Positions 38,837-48,650 are shown, numbered from the whole stretch's first letter. The stretch is DNA of 63,124 nt, filler included, from Candidatus Woesearchaeota archaeon (GCA_002685855.1; 7 parts of 7 records of this genome joined end to end with filler, not necessarily neighbours in it); one strand, 5' to 3'. Notes: a model not told the origin generated them from the letters alone. Made by a program: numbers and translations.

Positions 38837-39940
38837 TTAAGAGATGGGGTAGCGGAGTGTTGCGACGATCTTTCCCATGTCGCGGAGTTGTACTCCTTCA
38901 CGTGTTTCGGTACTTATGATTTCTACTTTAGATCCGGTTTTGTTTGCTGCTTCTTCGAATTGTTCGACGATGTCGTCTTCAACGACTTCGGAGATAAGTA
39001 TGGTTTCTGCTGCTCCCATCTTGATTGCGTTCATGACTGCATCTTTTCCATAGGTGACGAATTCTGATTTTGTTGAAAGTTTTTCAAAGAAATCTTGCAT
39101 GAGTGCTTTTTCTTTTGCGACTTCTTCTTTTGCAAGGACGTCTGCGCTTCGGTCGAGGAGTTCCTGGAGTCCGAAGTCTCCTGTGTAGCTGAGGTCTTTT
39201 ACTGCGATGATCTTTTTTTTGAGGTCTCCGGTGAGGTAGTCTTTGTTGATGAAGTCTGTTGTGGTTGTGGACGGGCCTCCGATGAGGATTCCTTTGAGGT
39301 CTTTCATGTGGAGGAATTCTTCTTTCATGTAGTCTGCAACTTTTTTGTAATGGTCTTTGATTGCGCCTTCTCTGAGTCTGCTGAATCGTGCTGCACTTTG
39401 TCCGCCGGCGCGGAACTTTCCCGGGACTTCGGAGTGTGTTTTTGAGAGGGGCATGATTGTTTTTCCTTTGAGTAGGGCGAGTTGTGCGTCTCTTCTGTCG
39501 AAGACAACCATTCCGTAGATTTCTCGTTCTTCTACCATCTCCTGGAGTGGGTCAAGGACGAACTCTTTGTCGCAGCGGTAGATGCGGACTTTGATGGGGA
39601 TGACGGGGTTGTAGGAAAACACTTGGTAGTCTTGCTGGCCTTCTCGTTCTGCAACGTTTCCTGCAAAGACTGCGAGGCCGTTGGGGGGTGTTCTTGGGTA
39701 GAGTTTGAGATGCTGGATCATTTTTTCCAGGGCGGAGATGACGTTGTCGCGGGTTGCTTTGGATTTGATGTTGGTGGCTGTGCCTTGTTCCTGGGAGAGA
39801 TGGGTCATGATTTTATTCATGTCGTAGCCTTGAGGGATGTATACACTAACTAGTTCTGTGTGTCTTCCTTTGAAGGTTACGAGTTCTTTTATGAACTGCT
39901 TGAGTTTGAAGCGGTCCTTGGCAGATATTTTGGCTTCCAT
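38837..39940 (-). CDS. prf1: Peptide chain release factor aRF1
   Basis: NIKS, YRCD and GGQS motifs. Confidence 0.97.
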   Translation of the reverse strand: MEAKISAKDRFKLKQFIKELVTFKGRHTELVSVYIPQGYDMNKIMTHLSQEQGTATNIKSKATRDNVISALEKMIQHLKLYPRTPPNGLAVFAGNVAEREGQQDYQVFSYNPVIPIKVRIYRCDKEFVLDPLQEMVEEREIYGMVVFDRRDAQLALLKGKTIMPLSKTHSEVPGKFRAGGQSAARFSRLREGAIKDHYKKVADYMKEEFLHMKDLKGILIGGPSTTTTDFINKDYLTGDLKKKIIAVKDLSYTGDFGLQELLDRSADVLAKEEVAKEKALMQDFFEKLSTKSEFVTYGKDAVMNAIKMGAAETILISEVVEDDIVEQFEEAANKTGSKVEIISTETREGVQLRDMGKIVATLRYPIS

Positions 39941-40027
39941 TGTCTAGAAGGGGAGGATAGGGGTATATAAAGGTATTGAAGGGTTGTGCAAAAGAAGCTT
40001 TAAAAAGAGGGGGTTCTTTCTGAAGGG

Positions 40028-40311
40028 ATGGAATATTATTGTGATGTGACCGGGTGTTATCTGTTTGAGGATGGCCGTTTGAAGGAGCGGTTGACGCTTG
40101 AATGTGATACTGGAGGGGAGGTGGAGGCTGCAGAGCAGTTGATTCGTGAGGTGGAGACAAAGCGGGTTGAGAAGAGTTCTTATTCTTTGGGGTTGCAGGT
40201 TCGAAGCAGGGAGTATTTTGAGGAGCTTCGGCGTGTTTGTATGGCTGCTGTTGGAAAGGCAATTCGGGATGCTGTGCAGGCGGATGTGTTGATGGTGCAG
40301 ACGGTTCAAAA
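40028..40311 (+). CDS. Possible Nop5 N-terminal part, cut by the contig end
   Basis: ELRRVC......IRDAV..DVLMVQTV resembles the start of the Nop5 coiled coil. Confidence 0.45.
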
Positions 40312-40411
40312 NNNNNNNNNNNNNNNNNNNNNNNNNNNNNNNNNNNNNNNNNNNNTTAATTAATTAANNNNNNNNNNNNNNNNNNNNNNNNNNNNNNNNN
40401 NNNNNNNNNNN
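40312..40411. other. Artificial contig linker
   Basis: N-run, TTAATTAATTAA, N-run. Confidence 0.97.
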
Positions 40412-40430
40412 ATACTGAAAATAAAGAGTA

Positions 40431-41075
40431 CTACGTCCTTTAGGGCGTAGGGTTTGAGTTCTTGGTTGTTGTAGAAAAGTTTTTCAGGGGCAGAGCCCCT
40501 GAATTGAGTGGCGTGGCGGAGCCGGCGCACTCATTAACTAAGTTTTGTGTAGTGGTAGCTCTGTCTCGTGATTTTAAAAATTTTTTGGTGAGGTGATTGA
40601 GATGGAGCATGAAAGGTTGGTGAGGTCGGCTCATGGTGTGAGTCAGAATACGTTTCATTTGATTTGGGTGACGAAGTATAGGTATCCGACGTTTGGGAAT
40701 CAGAGTTTGAAGGAGGTGTGTTGGTATGCGATTGATAGTGCTTGTCGTCGGTATGGGATTGTGGTTCATGAGTTGGAGGTGATGGCTGATCATGTGCATT
40801 TGTTTGCGAGGCTTCCGAGGACGATGAGTGTTTCGGAAGCGTTTCAGTTGTTGAAGGGGTTTAGTAGTCGGTGTTTTCGTCGTGCGTGTCCTTGGATGGG
40901 AAAGTATAAGGCGTTGTGGAGTGGTTTTACTTTTTCGAGAACGGTTGGGAGTGTGACGGGTGGTGTTATTAAACAGTATATTAAGGAGACGAATGTGCAT
41001 GGAAAGTTTGGGAAGCAAACGGGTCATGTTAAGCTAAACAGGTTTGGACGTGAGGGCCGGAGGGAGGCCCGAAGC
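40431..41075 (+). mobile_element. IS200/IS605-family element (tnpA only; right boundary uncertain)
   Basis: End hairpin CTACGTCC-TTTA-GGGCGTAG at 40431-40450 and two further hairpins upstream of a Y1 transposase. Confidence 0.75.
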
Positions 41076-41141
41076 GGTAAAACTTCCATATTGAAATTAA
41101 ATAGGAGAAAATCCCTCCCATCAATAAGAATATTTATATAA
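40602..41141 (+). CDS. tnpA: IS200/IS605 Y1 (HUH) transposase
   Basis: FHLIWVTKYR, DHVHLF (HUH), LKGFSS, LW..F..RTVG and IKQYI (catalytic Tyr). Confidence 0.92.
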   Translation: MEHERLVRSAHGVSQNTFHLIWVTKYRYPTFGNQSLKEVCWYAIDSACRRYGIVVHELEVMADHVHLFARLPRTMSVSEAFQLLKGFSSRCFRRACPWMGKYKALWSGFTFSRTVGSVTGGVIKQYIKETNVHGKFGKQTGHVKLNRFGREGRREARSGKTSILKLNRRKSLPSIRIFI

Positions 41142-41265
41142 CTGTTCATCACTAAAAAAAAATCCCAAAAGAATTTTTAGTTGAAACCGAATCAGGAAGC
41201 ATCTATCACCTCACCTATAAGAGAGGACTCTTCGAGCATGGTTCACGATTTACACTCAGACAGCT

Positions 41266-41682
41266 CTATTCAAACTCCTCTGCCTGAAAAAAGATCGCAG
41301 ACCGATACTGTGTACCCCGATCAACAAAAGACCCCTCTGCATCAGTTGGATCGATCTGCCTCCAAAAAATCTCTAAAAGATCCTCATACCTGATCCTGCC
41401 AGGATCATAGAACACCTTTACTGTCTCAAGATGCTCGGTTCTGCCTGCCGACACATCCTTATACAAAGGATTCTCCTCACTCCCTCCCATGAAGCCAGAC
41501 ACCACCTCTGACACACCATCATACTCTTCAAACGCAGACTCCATACACCAAAAACAACCCCCTGCAAAATAAGCAACACGATCATCTTCAGTCTGTCCCT
41601 CATCCCTGCCAAGAGAGTCTTTTTCAGAACATCCTATAAGTAATACAACAACCAATAAAATAGTTAAACGAATACCCATCAT
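41266..41682 (-). pseudogene. msrA: Lipoprotein-type methionine sulfoxide reductase A, C-terminally truncated
   Basis: FAGGCFWC, HLETV and DRGTQYRSAIF are present; it stops before the FY.AE.YHQ.Y region. Confidence 0.7.
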
Positions 41683-41743
41683 ACACCTAATCACTAATAA
41701 TATTTAAAATTAAACTTTAACAATTAAAAACAGATCAAACCAA

Positions 41744-42052
41744 TCATCTTCTTCCAACCGGCATCCGCCACTGTTTCTTGCACAACAAACAGCTATACAC
41801 CAACCTCCCCCTATACAACCTCACCCGACAATTCACTCCCGGCCGCAAATATCGATAACAGGAAGGACAAAACCGCCTCTTCAACACAGATGACAGCCGT
41901 ACTCGTGCCTTCATCGCCAACTTCCTCCCCAAATAAATATACCTGTCACTCAATGAACGATCCTCACCATAAACCGAATCAGCCTGCCCAAACAGCCGCC
42001 CAACACGATCTTCAGCATCCTTTCGATCAATCCGCTTCTTTCTCCGAACCAT
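41744..42052 (-). CDS. rnp4: RNase P protein Rpp21
   Basis: KRRFCPSC...PGVNCRVRL...CLLC...R.P. Confidence 0.9.
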   Translation of the reverse strand: MVRRKKRIDRKDAEDRVGRLFGQADSVYGEDRSLSDRYIYLGRKLAMKARVRLSSVLKRRFCPSCYRYLRPGVNCRVRLYRGRLVYSCLLCKKQWRMPVGRR

Positions 42053-42121
42053 ATAGACACAAATAAACACTGCCTAATAAAGATTCCTACAAACCCCCTG
42101 AAAACACCCTTTCAGAACAAC

Positions 42122-42162
42122 AGTTTCCACAGTTTCCACAAACATACTAGTATAGTTTCCAC
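42122..42162. repeat. Direct repeats AGTTTCCAC x3
   Basis: Exact copies at 42122-42130, 42131-42139 and 42154-42162. Confidence 0.7.
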
Positions 42163-42329
42163 CATAACAATAGGAAGTCAACCTGAAACATGGTTGATTA
42201 AAGGGTGATTAAAGTGGATGAGCCCTTCCATTCCACACACTAGGGAAACCCCACACATCCCTCATTCCCCTCGGATCGGTTCATCCACAACCATCCCCAT
42301 ACATGAATAAAAACCAAGGAGGTGTATAG

Positions 42330-42749
42330 ATGAAGAACAGTTTAAGGAAAAGCATAGCTATTCTCGCCATATTTGTTCTTGCTGCAGTACCTGCATTAGC
42401 AGTCCATGTAGAAGGAACAGGACTATTATGGGCAAGAGGACATGGCTGGCTAGAAGTAGAAGGAGAGGGATCTGTAACCATATCAGGTACAGGCCTTGTA
42501 CGCGTAGAAGGCGCAGACAGAACAAAAGTCTCACCCGGCTGGGGAAACACTTGGCAGGAACGTGTAGGAGAAACAACCTATACCTACTACGAGGGTAGTG
42601 GAAGACTTATACTTAGCGGAGACGAGCTCGAAGTCCGATTTGACGGAACAGGAAGAGTAAAAGCAGAAGGAACAGGATTTGCAGACTTTGACGGAGACGG
42701 AAGCTGGTATACAAAGAAAAGTGGCTTTAGGAAGCCAAAATATGAGTAA
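42330..42749 (+). CDS. Secreted Gly-rich beta-strand protein
   Basis: Signal peptide; RBS GGAGGTG; similar to the C-terminal domain of the next gene. Confidence 0.75.
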   Translation: MKNSLRKSIAILAIFVLAAVPALAVHVEGTGLLWARGHGWLEVEGEGSVTISGTGLVRVEGADRTKVSPGWGNTWQERVGETTYTYYEGSGRLILSGDELEVRFDGTGRVKAEGTGFADFDGDGSWYTKKSGFRKPKYE

Positions 42750-42808
42750 ATAAGGAAAACATTTAAATAAGAAAATATAACGTAAACAACCATTGGAGGT
42801 GTTTTACT

Positions 42809-44095
42809 ATGAAGAAAATAATGACATTACTTGTCATCACAGTATTTGTGGCCGGCATGGTTCCCCTTGTATCAGCCGGAACGCTTGCAGAAGATGACGC
42901 AAAATGGGTGAAAGAGTACAATAATAAAAAAGCACAATTTCAGAAGATGAAAAACTTCTATACAGATGCCAGACAGGACTGGCTCAAAGCTCGAAACAAG
43001 CTAAGAGAATACAATGAAAAAGGCGGAGAAGCCTTCCAGAGAGATCATATGACAGCTAAAGAGAGCGCAAAAGACTACCTCTTAAAAGCAATCGACGTCA
43101 TGGACAAAAAGCTCGAAACAATCCAGTACTGGGGAGAAAACCAGATTAAGAACGCCCAGGACGTTTCAGAACTCACAAGTGAAATCTCAGCACAACGTGC
43201 AGATCTTGCATCCTTAAGAGCAGAAGTCGAAGCAATCGATCCCGCATCTGAAGGAGCAAAGCAGGAACTATCTGACGCAGCAGGAAAAGCCAAGACCCGA
43301 TGGAACGAAGTAAAAACAACCTATAAGAAATGGGTGGGTGTAAACCTCGCAGAACGACTTAACATGGTTTTGGAAAGATTCACAAACCTTGGTGAATACA
43401 TGCATAGAAAGCTCGCAGCAGTAGATAAAGAAGATCCTTCCTACGCTGCAATGGAAGCACAGCTTGAAGACTATGATCAAAAAGTAGATCTTGCACAGAG
43501 TAAGTACGACTCAGCAAAAAGCACCTTTAAGAATATAAACAATATCAACAACGCTGATTCCCTCTTTAGAGATGGAAAAAACTTCCTTGAAAATGCAAAC
43601 ACCTACTTGAAAGACGCCCACAAGATCTTAAAAGACCTGACAAAACAATACAAGGCAAGCCAGAAGACATCAATAACATCAGGATTTGATAACTACGATG
43701 GAGCTGTCTCTGTAACAGGAACAGGAAGAATCACCGCAGGTGGTAACGGAACTGTTTCAATGGAAGGAAAAGCAGACCTTGTCAAAGTCGAAGGAGATGG
43801 AGAACTTACCATCGTTGACAACGCCGGACTTGGAATCGTAACAACGGTTCAGGGAGAAGGAGAAGTTGTCAAGGACGGAGACACCTACACCTACAACGGA
43901 AACGGAAAGGTAAGAATCATCGGAGGAGATGTAACCATCACCTTTGAAGGAACCAAGATAGACCTTTCTGCAGAAGGAACAGGAACTGTTTCCCTTGAAG
44001 GAGAAGGCTGGTACAAAAAAGGCGGTAAAGAAGGAAAGTGGCCGATTGAAATCCAAGTAGTGGGTGTTGCTACAGCCGCAGCACCGGCTGAGTAA
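42809..44095 (+). CDS. Secreted protein with a long helical/coiled-coil region and a Gly-rich beta C-terminal domain
   Basis: Signal peptide; RBS GGAGGTG; TATA TTTAAATA upstream. Confidence 0.8.
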   Translation: MKKIMTLLVITVFVAGMVPLVSAGTLAEDDAKWVKEYNNKKAQFQKMKNFYTDARQDWLKARNKLREYNEKGGEAFQRDHMTAKESAKDYLLKAIDVMDKKLETIQYWGENQIKNAQDVSELTSEISAQRADLASLRAEVEAIDPASEGAKQELSDAAGKAKTRWNEVKTTYKKWVGVNLAERLNMVLERFTNLGEYMHRKLAAVDKEDPSYAAMEAQLEDYDQKVDLAQSKYDSAKSTFKNINNINNADSLFRDGKNFLENANTYLKDAHKILKDLTKQYKASQKTSITSGFDNYDGAVSVTGTGRITAGGNGTVSMEGKADLVKVEGDGELTIVDNAGLGIVTTVQGEGEVVKDGDTYTYNGNGKVRIIGGDVTITFEGTKIDLSAEGTGTVSLEGEGWYKKGGKEGKWPIEIQVVGVATAAAPAE

Positions 44096-44144
44096 GCCTC
44101 ACGGCTTACCTTTTTATTTTTTTTAAGAAAAGGAGGGATAAAAA

Positions 44145-44474
44145 ATGAAAAAATTGTTAACATTATTGTTCATCGTCAGTGTTGCACTGATGTTAGTAGC
44201 CTGTGGAGGAGGAAGAAAAAAGCCACCTCAAGTCATCCCAACACCAGATGGTAGTACACCCGATGATACTCCTGACGTAGGAGATGATCTTGGTGATGAT
44301 CTAGGACAAGATCTTCAAGATGACGACCTAGATGACGACTTTGATCTTTCAGATCTGCAAGACACGGGAGACGATGTTGTAGATGATCTAGGAGACTTTT
44401 TCGGAGACGACCTCGGAAACGATCTCGAAGGAGATGACGACCTAGGAGATTTCGACTTCGGAGACCTTTCATAA
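44145..44474 (+). CDS. Extremely acidic lipoprotein with GDDL-type repeats
   Basis: LVAC lipobox; repeated GDDL/DDL/DDF units; RBS AGGAGG. Confidence 0.7.
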   Translation: MKKLLTLLFIVSVALMLVACGGGRKKPPQVIPTPDGSTPDDTPDVGDDLGDDLGQDLQDDDLDDDFDLSDLQDTGDDVVDDLGDFFGDDLGNDLEGDDDLGDFDFGDLS

Positions 44475-44547
44475 AGGTCTATTTTTTTTCTTTTCAAAAC
44501 ATATACAAAAGAATCTTCTTGACATAAGATAGAAAAAATAATACCCT

Positions 44548-44943
44548 TCACAACCCCAAATAACTAAACACCAACAACAACACATTCACAAGATAGATCC
44601 CATTACAGATCAAACAAAAATTCTTTAGCTTCACATAAAGAATATATGCAAGATAGACACTTCCCAATACTGCAAGAAGAGAAAGATAAAAAACAAACCT
44701 ATTCAAACCATATCCTGCCAAGAGTATCACAACAAAATAAAAAAGCATTCCCCAGAGAGAGTTACTAACCCCTAAAAACGTCCCATACTTGCTCTGAAAC
44801 GTCTTGCTGCACGACATTCTATCATTAATATCACAGACTGCCTTATACCTCTTATCTGCCTCACTCTTTCTTTCAATATAATAGCCATAACTAGACAACA
44901 AGAAACCCAGAACAGCAACACCCTGAACACTACTAATACCCAT
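44548..44943 (-). CDS. Vitamin K epoxide reductase (VKOR) family protein
   Basis: CDIN...SCS.TF.S.YG, SNS..G and FCLIC. Confidence 0.9.
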   Translation of the reverse strand: MGISSVQGVAVLGFLLSSYGYYIERKSEADKRYKAVCDINDRMSCSKTFQSKYGTFLGVSNSLWGMLFYFVVILLAGYGLNRFVFYLSLLAVLGSVYLAYILYVKLKNFCLICNGIYLVNVLLLVFSYLGL

Positions 44944-45029
44944 ACCTCTTAAAAAGACCCCGCTCTTTAAGTAGATTTCCCTTCTAATAAAAAAGAAAAC
45001 TATAAAAACAAGGTTCTATTTTTAACCCT

Positions 45030-45305
45030 ATGAACTGGAGACCTGTTGTCTTAATATTATTTGCCCTATTCGGTGCATTTCTCATGCAGGACGGATCCAT
45101 TACAGCACAAGTGATATCTGAAAGTTGTTGTATGGGCGAAGATTGCAATCCGGAAAACCAGTGTCCATCTTCCGAGGCTGCAAAAAATGATGATCCCATA
45201 TTTCTCTTTGTACTAGGAACATCTGTCTTCATTGTATCCATGTTTCTCATCTTCCTCGAACTCAAGAAAAAGGTCAAGTATGAAAAGGAAAACCCAAACC
45301 TATAA
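45030..45305 (+). CDS. Small two-TM protein with a Cys-rich loop
   Basis: TM, ITAQVISESCC...C.....C, TM. Confidence 0.55.
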   Translation: MNWRPVVLILFALFGAFLMQDGSITAQVISESCCMGEDCNPENQCPSSEAAKNDDPIFLFVLGTSVFIVSMFLIFLELKKKVKYEKENPNL

Positions 45306-45329
45306 AAGCCTCAACATCCTGACCCTATC

Positions 45330-45737
45330 ATGCTTCCAGAATCCTCATCACAAGTAAAAGTACCCTGTAAAGCCTGCGGCAACCTCGCCCCTTCTACTGA
45401 ATTCCAACTCGACTACCACGAAGGAAAGATGGTCTGTCTCGCATGCTACCAAAAAAATCGAAAAACCTCAATCAAACCCTCTCCCCCACCCCAACCACTC
45501 CCGGAACGCCCCCCTGGCTGGGATGAAGAAGATGAACTCCTCGAACAACTCAATAAACAGAAGAAAAAAACCAAAGATTCCCTCGACTTCAAAGAACTCC
45601 CTGGCACAGACAAATGCATTATCACCTGCGGACAATGCACCTTCACCTTCAAATTCAACACAAAGCAGTTCTACCCCCCTGCTTGCCCCTACTGCAGACA
45701 CAAAATTCCCCTGGAAGTCTTCAAAAAACCCTTTTAA
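45330..45737 (+). CDS. Double zinc-ribbon protein
   Basis: CKAC...CLAC and CGQC...CPYC. Confidence 0.7.
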   Translation: MLPESSSQVKVPCKACGNLAPSTEFQLDYHEGKMVCLACYQKNRKTSIKPSPPPQPLPERPPGWDEEDELLEQLNKQKKKTKDSLDFKELPGTDKCIITCGQCTFTFKFNTKQFYPPACPYCRHKIPLEVFKKPF

Positions 45738-45902
45738 CCAACATTCTAAACTCCTTTCCATCTTCCTACCATAAAATCATCATTGCCCCGCGGCCTGCGG
45801 CCGGAAAAGAGATGCATCCTGCCTCGCCTTCTTTCTTTTCCATATAGTAAATAATTCAATCATCATCGAAATATTATTATACTATCCCCCCTCACTTCCT
45901 TC

Positions 45903-46424
45903 ATGACACCAACTCTTCTCGATAAACTCGTTCCTGGTTTTAGCCAGGAAGACAGCGAACTCGCATCTAAAGTAGCCCAATTAGGCACAGAAGAGGCAGT
46001 CCAGGCTCTCATCCAGACAGCAAGAGGATATAGGAGACAAAAAGGAACCTGGTGGAAAGGCTATAAGGATGAAGTGTGCGAACCATATACAACAGAAGAA
46101 CAACTACTTGCATATCAGGCACTTTCCGAACACCCTTCATTCCTTGCATGGAACTTCCTAAAAAAGTCCACAGAGTTTGAGAGCAAATGGGTTGAAGCGC
46201 ATTATGAACGAGAAAAGACAGGATCGCTTCCGTCAATCTTCGATGATTGTGATTTTATACCTGGTCACACAGAGTATTCATTTCCAAATATCACAGGACA
46301 GCTAGGATCAGAAATCAAATCTCTTTATTCTAAACACTTTATAGCTATTCAAGAAGCATTTAGAAACATGGCAGAAAAAATACTAAAACCTGAAGAAGCA
46401 TTAAATAATTCACAAACCATATAA
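45903..46424 (+). CDS. Hypothetical protein, HEAT-like N-terminus
   Basis: LGTEEAVQALI; upstream TATTATA. Confidence 0.55.
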   Translation: MTPTLLDKLVPGFSQEDSELASKVAQLGTEEAVQALIQTARGYRRQKGTWWKGYKDEVCEPYTTEEQLLAYQALSEHPSFLAWNFLKKSTEFESKWVEAHYEREKTGSLPSIFDDCDFIPGHTEYSFPNITGQLGSEIKSLYSKHFIAIQEAFRNMAEKILKPEEALNNSQTI

Positions 46425-46447
46425 ACACCCTTCTCTGAAAAACGGGC

Positions 46448-47668
46448 ATGAAGCTCCTCTTCGACCCAGAAAAGATCCTTCTCGCCAAAAAACAGCTCAA
46501 AAAAGCCCGCTTCCAACTCAAAAAACCAAGAACCACAACAGGCCTCTATACTGCCCGCCCCTTTATAGAAACCCCTCAAATAGTAAAATACTTCAAAACC
46601 ATCAACAAAAAAAACTACAGATCATTCTCCAACGACTACAACTATCACCTTTCCTGGATCAGAGATACCATAAAAATATCCCACTATCATCTCCTTCAAA
46701 AAGATGCCCCTGCACTCCTCCTGCTTACCCATAACCTCTTTGACTACCTCCACAACAACCAGGAACTCATGCAAAAAGTCATCAACAAAAAAGGAAAACT
46801 CAACCACAAAACAGACACTCTCTGTCCCCGCCTCTCCCCACTCACACTCGAACCAGTTCCAGCAGACCACTATAAAAGCCTTCAGCTCGACATGGCAGAC
46901 ATTCTCAAACTTCTCGCCAACACACAAACACTAAGACTTAACGTCTTCAGAAACAACAAAGACGCACAAATCGTCCAACTCTTCATAAACTTCCTCATCC
47001 GCTGGGACTACAGCATGACAGGAAAAATAAAAGGAGACTTTGGCATCTGGGAAGAAGGAACAGGAAAAAACAAAGCCCAACCAGAAATCCACACATCAAC
47101 CATCGCAACCATGCTCCTCGCCTTCCAGGAAATAAACAACCTACGAATAAACAGCACCCTTTTCAAAATACCCAGAACACACCTTGCCCGAGGAAAAAAA
47201 CTCCTCTCAGAACACCTAAAAAAATACGGAGAAAGCAAAACCCGCTACGCAGACCTGACACTCCTCATTATTCTCTACGAACACCTAACTGCAAAACATC
47301 CCCTTCTTACAAAAACACAGGAAAAACTCATCCTCACACGCGCAAAACTCCTCGAACGAGAACGCGGTCTCACACGCTACCTTGCTCAAAAACGAAACAA
47401 ACTCATTGAAACAGACGACTACAACATGAAAAAAGAACATGCAGCCGAATGGCCCCTGGGCTACTGCTATCTGGCACTAATCTACTATCACAAAAAAGAG
47501 TTCAGAGAAGCACAGCGCTGCCTCGACAGACTCGAACACCTCTGCTTTTCAGAAAACGCACTCCCTGAAGCATATTACGGAAAAACACCAGAAACAACAC
47601 CTGTAAAAAGCCTCACCTGGGCAAACGCACTCTACCTCTCCCTGGCACTTAAATCAGGATACAAATAA
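46448..47668 (+). CDS. GH15-like (phosphorylase kinase alpha/beta-like) protein
   Basis: WIRD, LQLD, DFGIWEEG, AEWPLG, LPEAYY and LTWANALY. Confidence 0.8.
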   Translation: MKLLFDPEKILLAKKQLKKARFQLKKPRTTTGLYTARPFIETPQIVKYFKTINKKNYRSFSNDYNYHLSWIRDTIKISHYHLLQKDAPALLLLTHNLFDYLHNNQELMQKVINKKGKLNHKTDTLCPRLSPLTLEPVPADHYKSLQLDMADILKLLANTQTLRLNVFRNNKDAQIVQLFINFLIRWDYSMTGKIKGDFGIWEEGTGKNKAQPEIHTSTIATMLLAFQEINNLRINSTLFKIPRTHLARGKKLLSEHLKKYGESKTRYADLTLLIILYEHLTAKHPLLTKTQEKLILTRAKLLERERGLTRYLAQKRNKLIETDDYNMKKEHAAEWPLGYCYLALIYYHKKEFREAQRCLDRLEHLCFSENALPEAYYGKTPETTPVKSLTWANALYLSLALKSGYK

Positions 47669-47901
47669 CTACTTCCACTTAATACTACATCCAATTCCCT
47701 GAGTTTCTGGCTCAGGAACCTCCATACCTGTCAACAACGCCTTAATCGCATCCTTCAGATTCTCGCAACACACATCAGCAGCATGCTTCCAATTATCATC
47801 AATTCTGCCACGATACTGTAACACACTATCAGAATCAAACAAAAAACAATCAGGAGTCACCAATGCCCCAAACGCATGAGCTACCTTCTGACTATCATCA
47901 C
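47669..47901 (-). CDS. Peroxiredoxin-like thioredoxin-family protein, C-terminal part
   Basis: SQKVAHAFGALVTPDCFLFD...YRGRIDD...IGCSIKWK. Confidence 0.85.
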
Positions 47902-48001
47902 NNNNNNNNNNNNNNNNNNNNNNNNNNNNNNNNNNNNNNNNNNNNTTAATTAATTAANNNNNNNNNNNNNNNNNNNNNNNNNNNNNNNNNNNNNNNNNNN
48001 N
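47902..48001. other. Artificial contig linker
   Basis: N-run, TTAATTAATTAA, N-run. Confidence 0.97.
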
Positions 48002-48296
48002 AGAAAGGGGATAATAACTTTCCCCTTCGAACCTTCCTTCTTGTTAACAGCATTTTCTGTTTTGTATTCATTCGAATTCTTTTCTGATATAATTCATCAT
48101 TGAAAAAATTGATTCCTCTTTTAATTTTTTTTATTGTTTTAAAATCGCTAAACCAATCTCTAAATCCGTCCCTGCAATCTTCCCAATCATCATAGAAAGA
48201 GTCTATGAAAAGATCATTTTTAATCAATTCTTTTTTAGGAATTGTTTGTCTAGGTGACACATGACCACTGTGCCGTCTATGTTTTCTAGTTACCAT
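48002..48296 (-). CDS. Basic hypothetical protein, 3' end at the contig edge
   Basis: RBS GGAGGT before ATG; FYDDWED.RDGFRDWF.DFK motif. Confidence 0.55.
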
Positions 48297-48650
48297 CTGG
48301 ATACCTCCAGAACACCGACGATTCAACTACGTTCCAGGCGTTTGAATCGCTTGCTCAATACCGAGCTCAATGTTCATATGATATCCAATGATTGGTAGAG
48401 TTCATTTAGGATGCTCATATGATACAACTATTAAAATACTTCCATTTGAAATCGAAAATCTATATCTGCTTCCTATTGGTCTTATACATAATCCGGAGAT
48501 AACGGTTCGTAGACCTGGAATTATTCCACTCTTTTAGCCAGAAATATATAAAGAATAGACACTTTTCTTTCTATATAGTGCAAAAAGCTGTTTTGGAAAA
48601 AAAGTATCCTCAGAAAGAAGATGATGAACTAAAAAAAATTCATCAAGGCC

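Noticed and set aside
42122..42162. Replication origin call from ORB-like GTTTCCAC repeats
   Set aside because: Only half-sites are present, with no adjacent cdc6, no AT-rich unwinding element and no skew switch at this point. Kept only as a regulatory-repeat finding.
44260..44474. Tandem GATGATCT/GACGACCT-like repeats as a CRISPR array or VNTR
   Set aside because: They are degenerate codon-level repeats of an Asp-rich lipoprotein, with no fixed repeat-spacer period.
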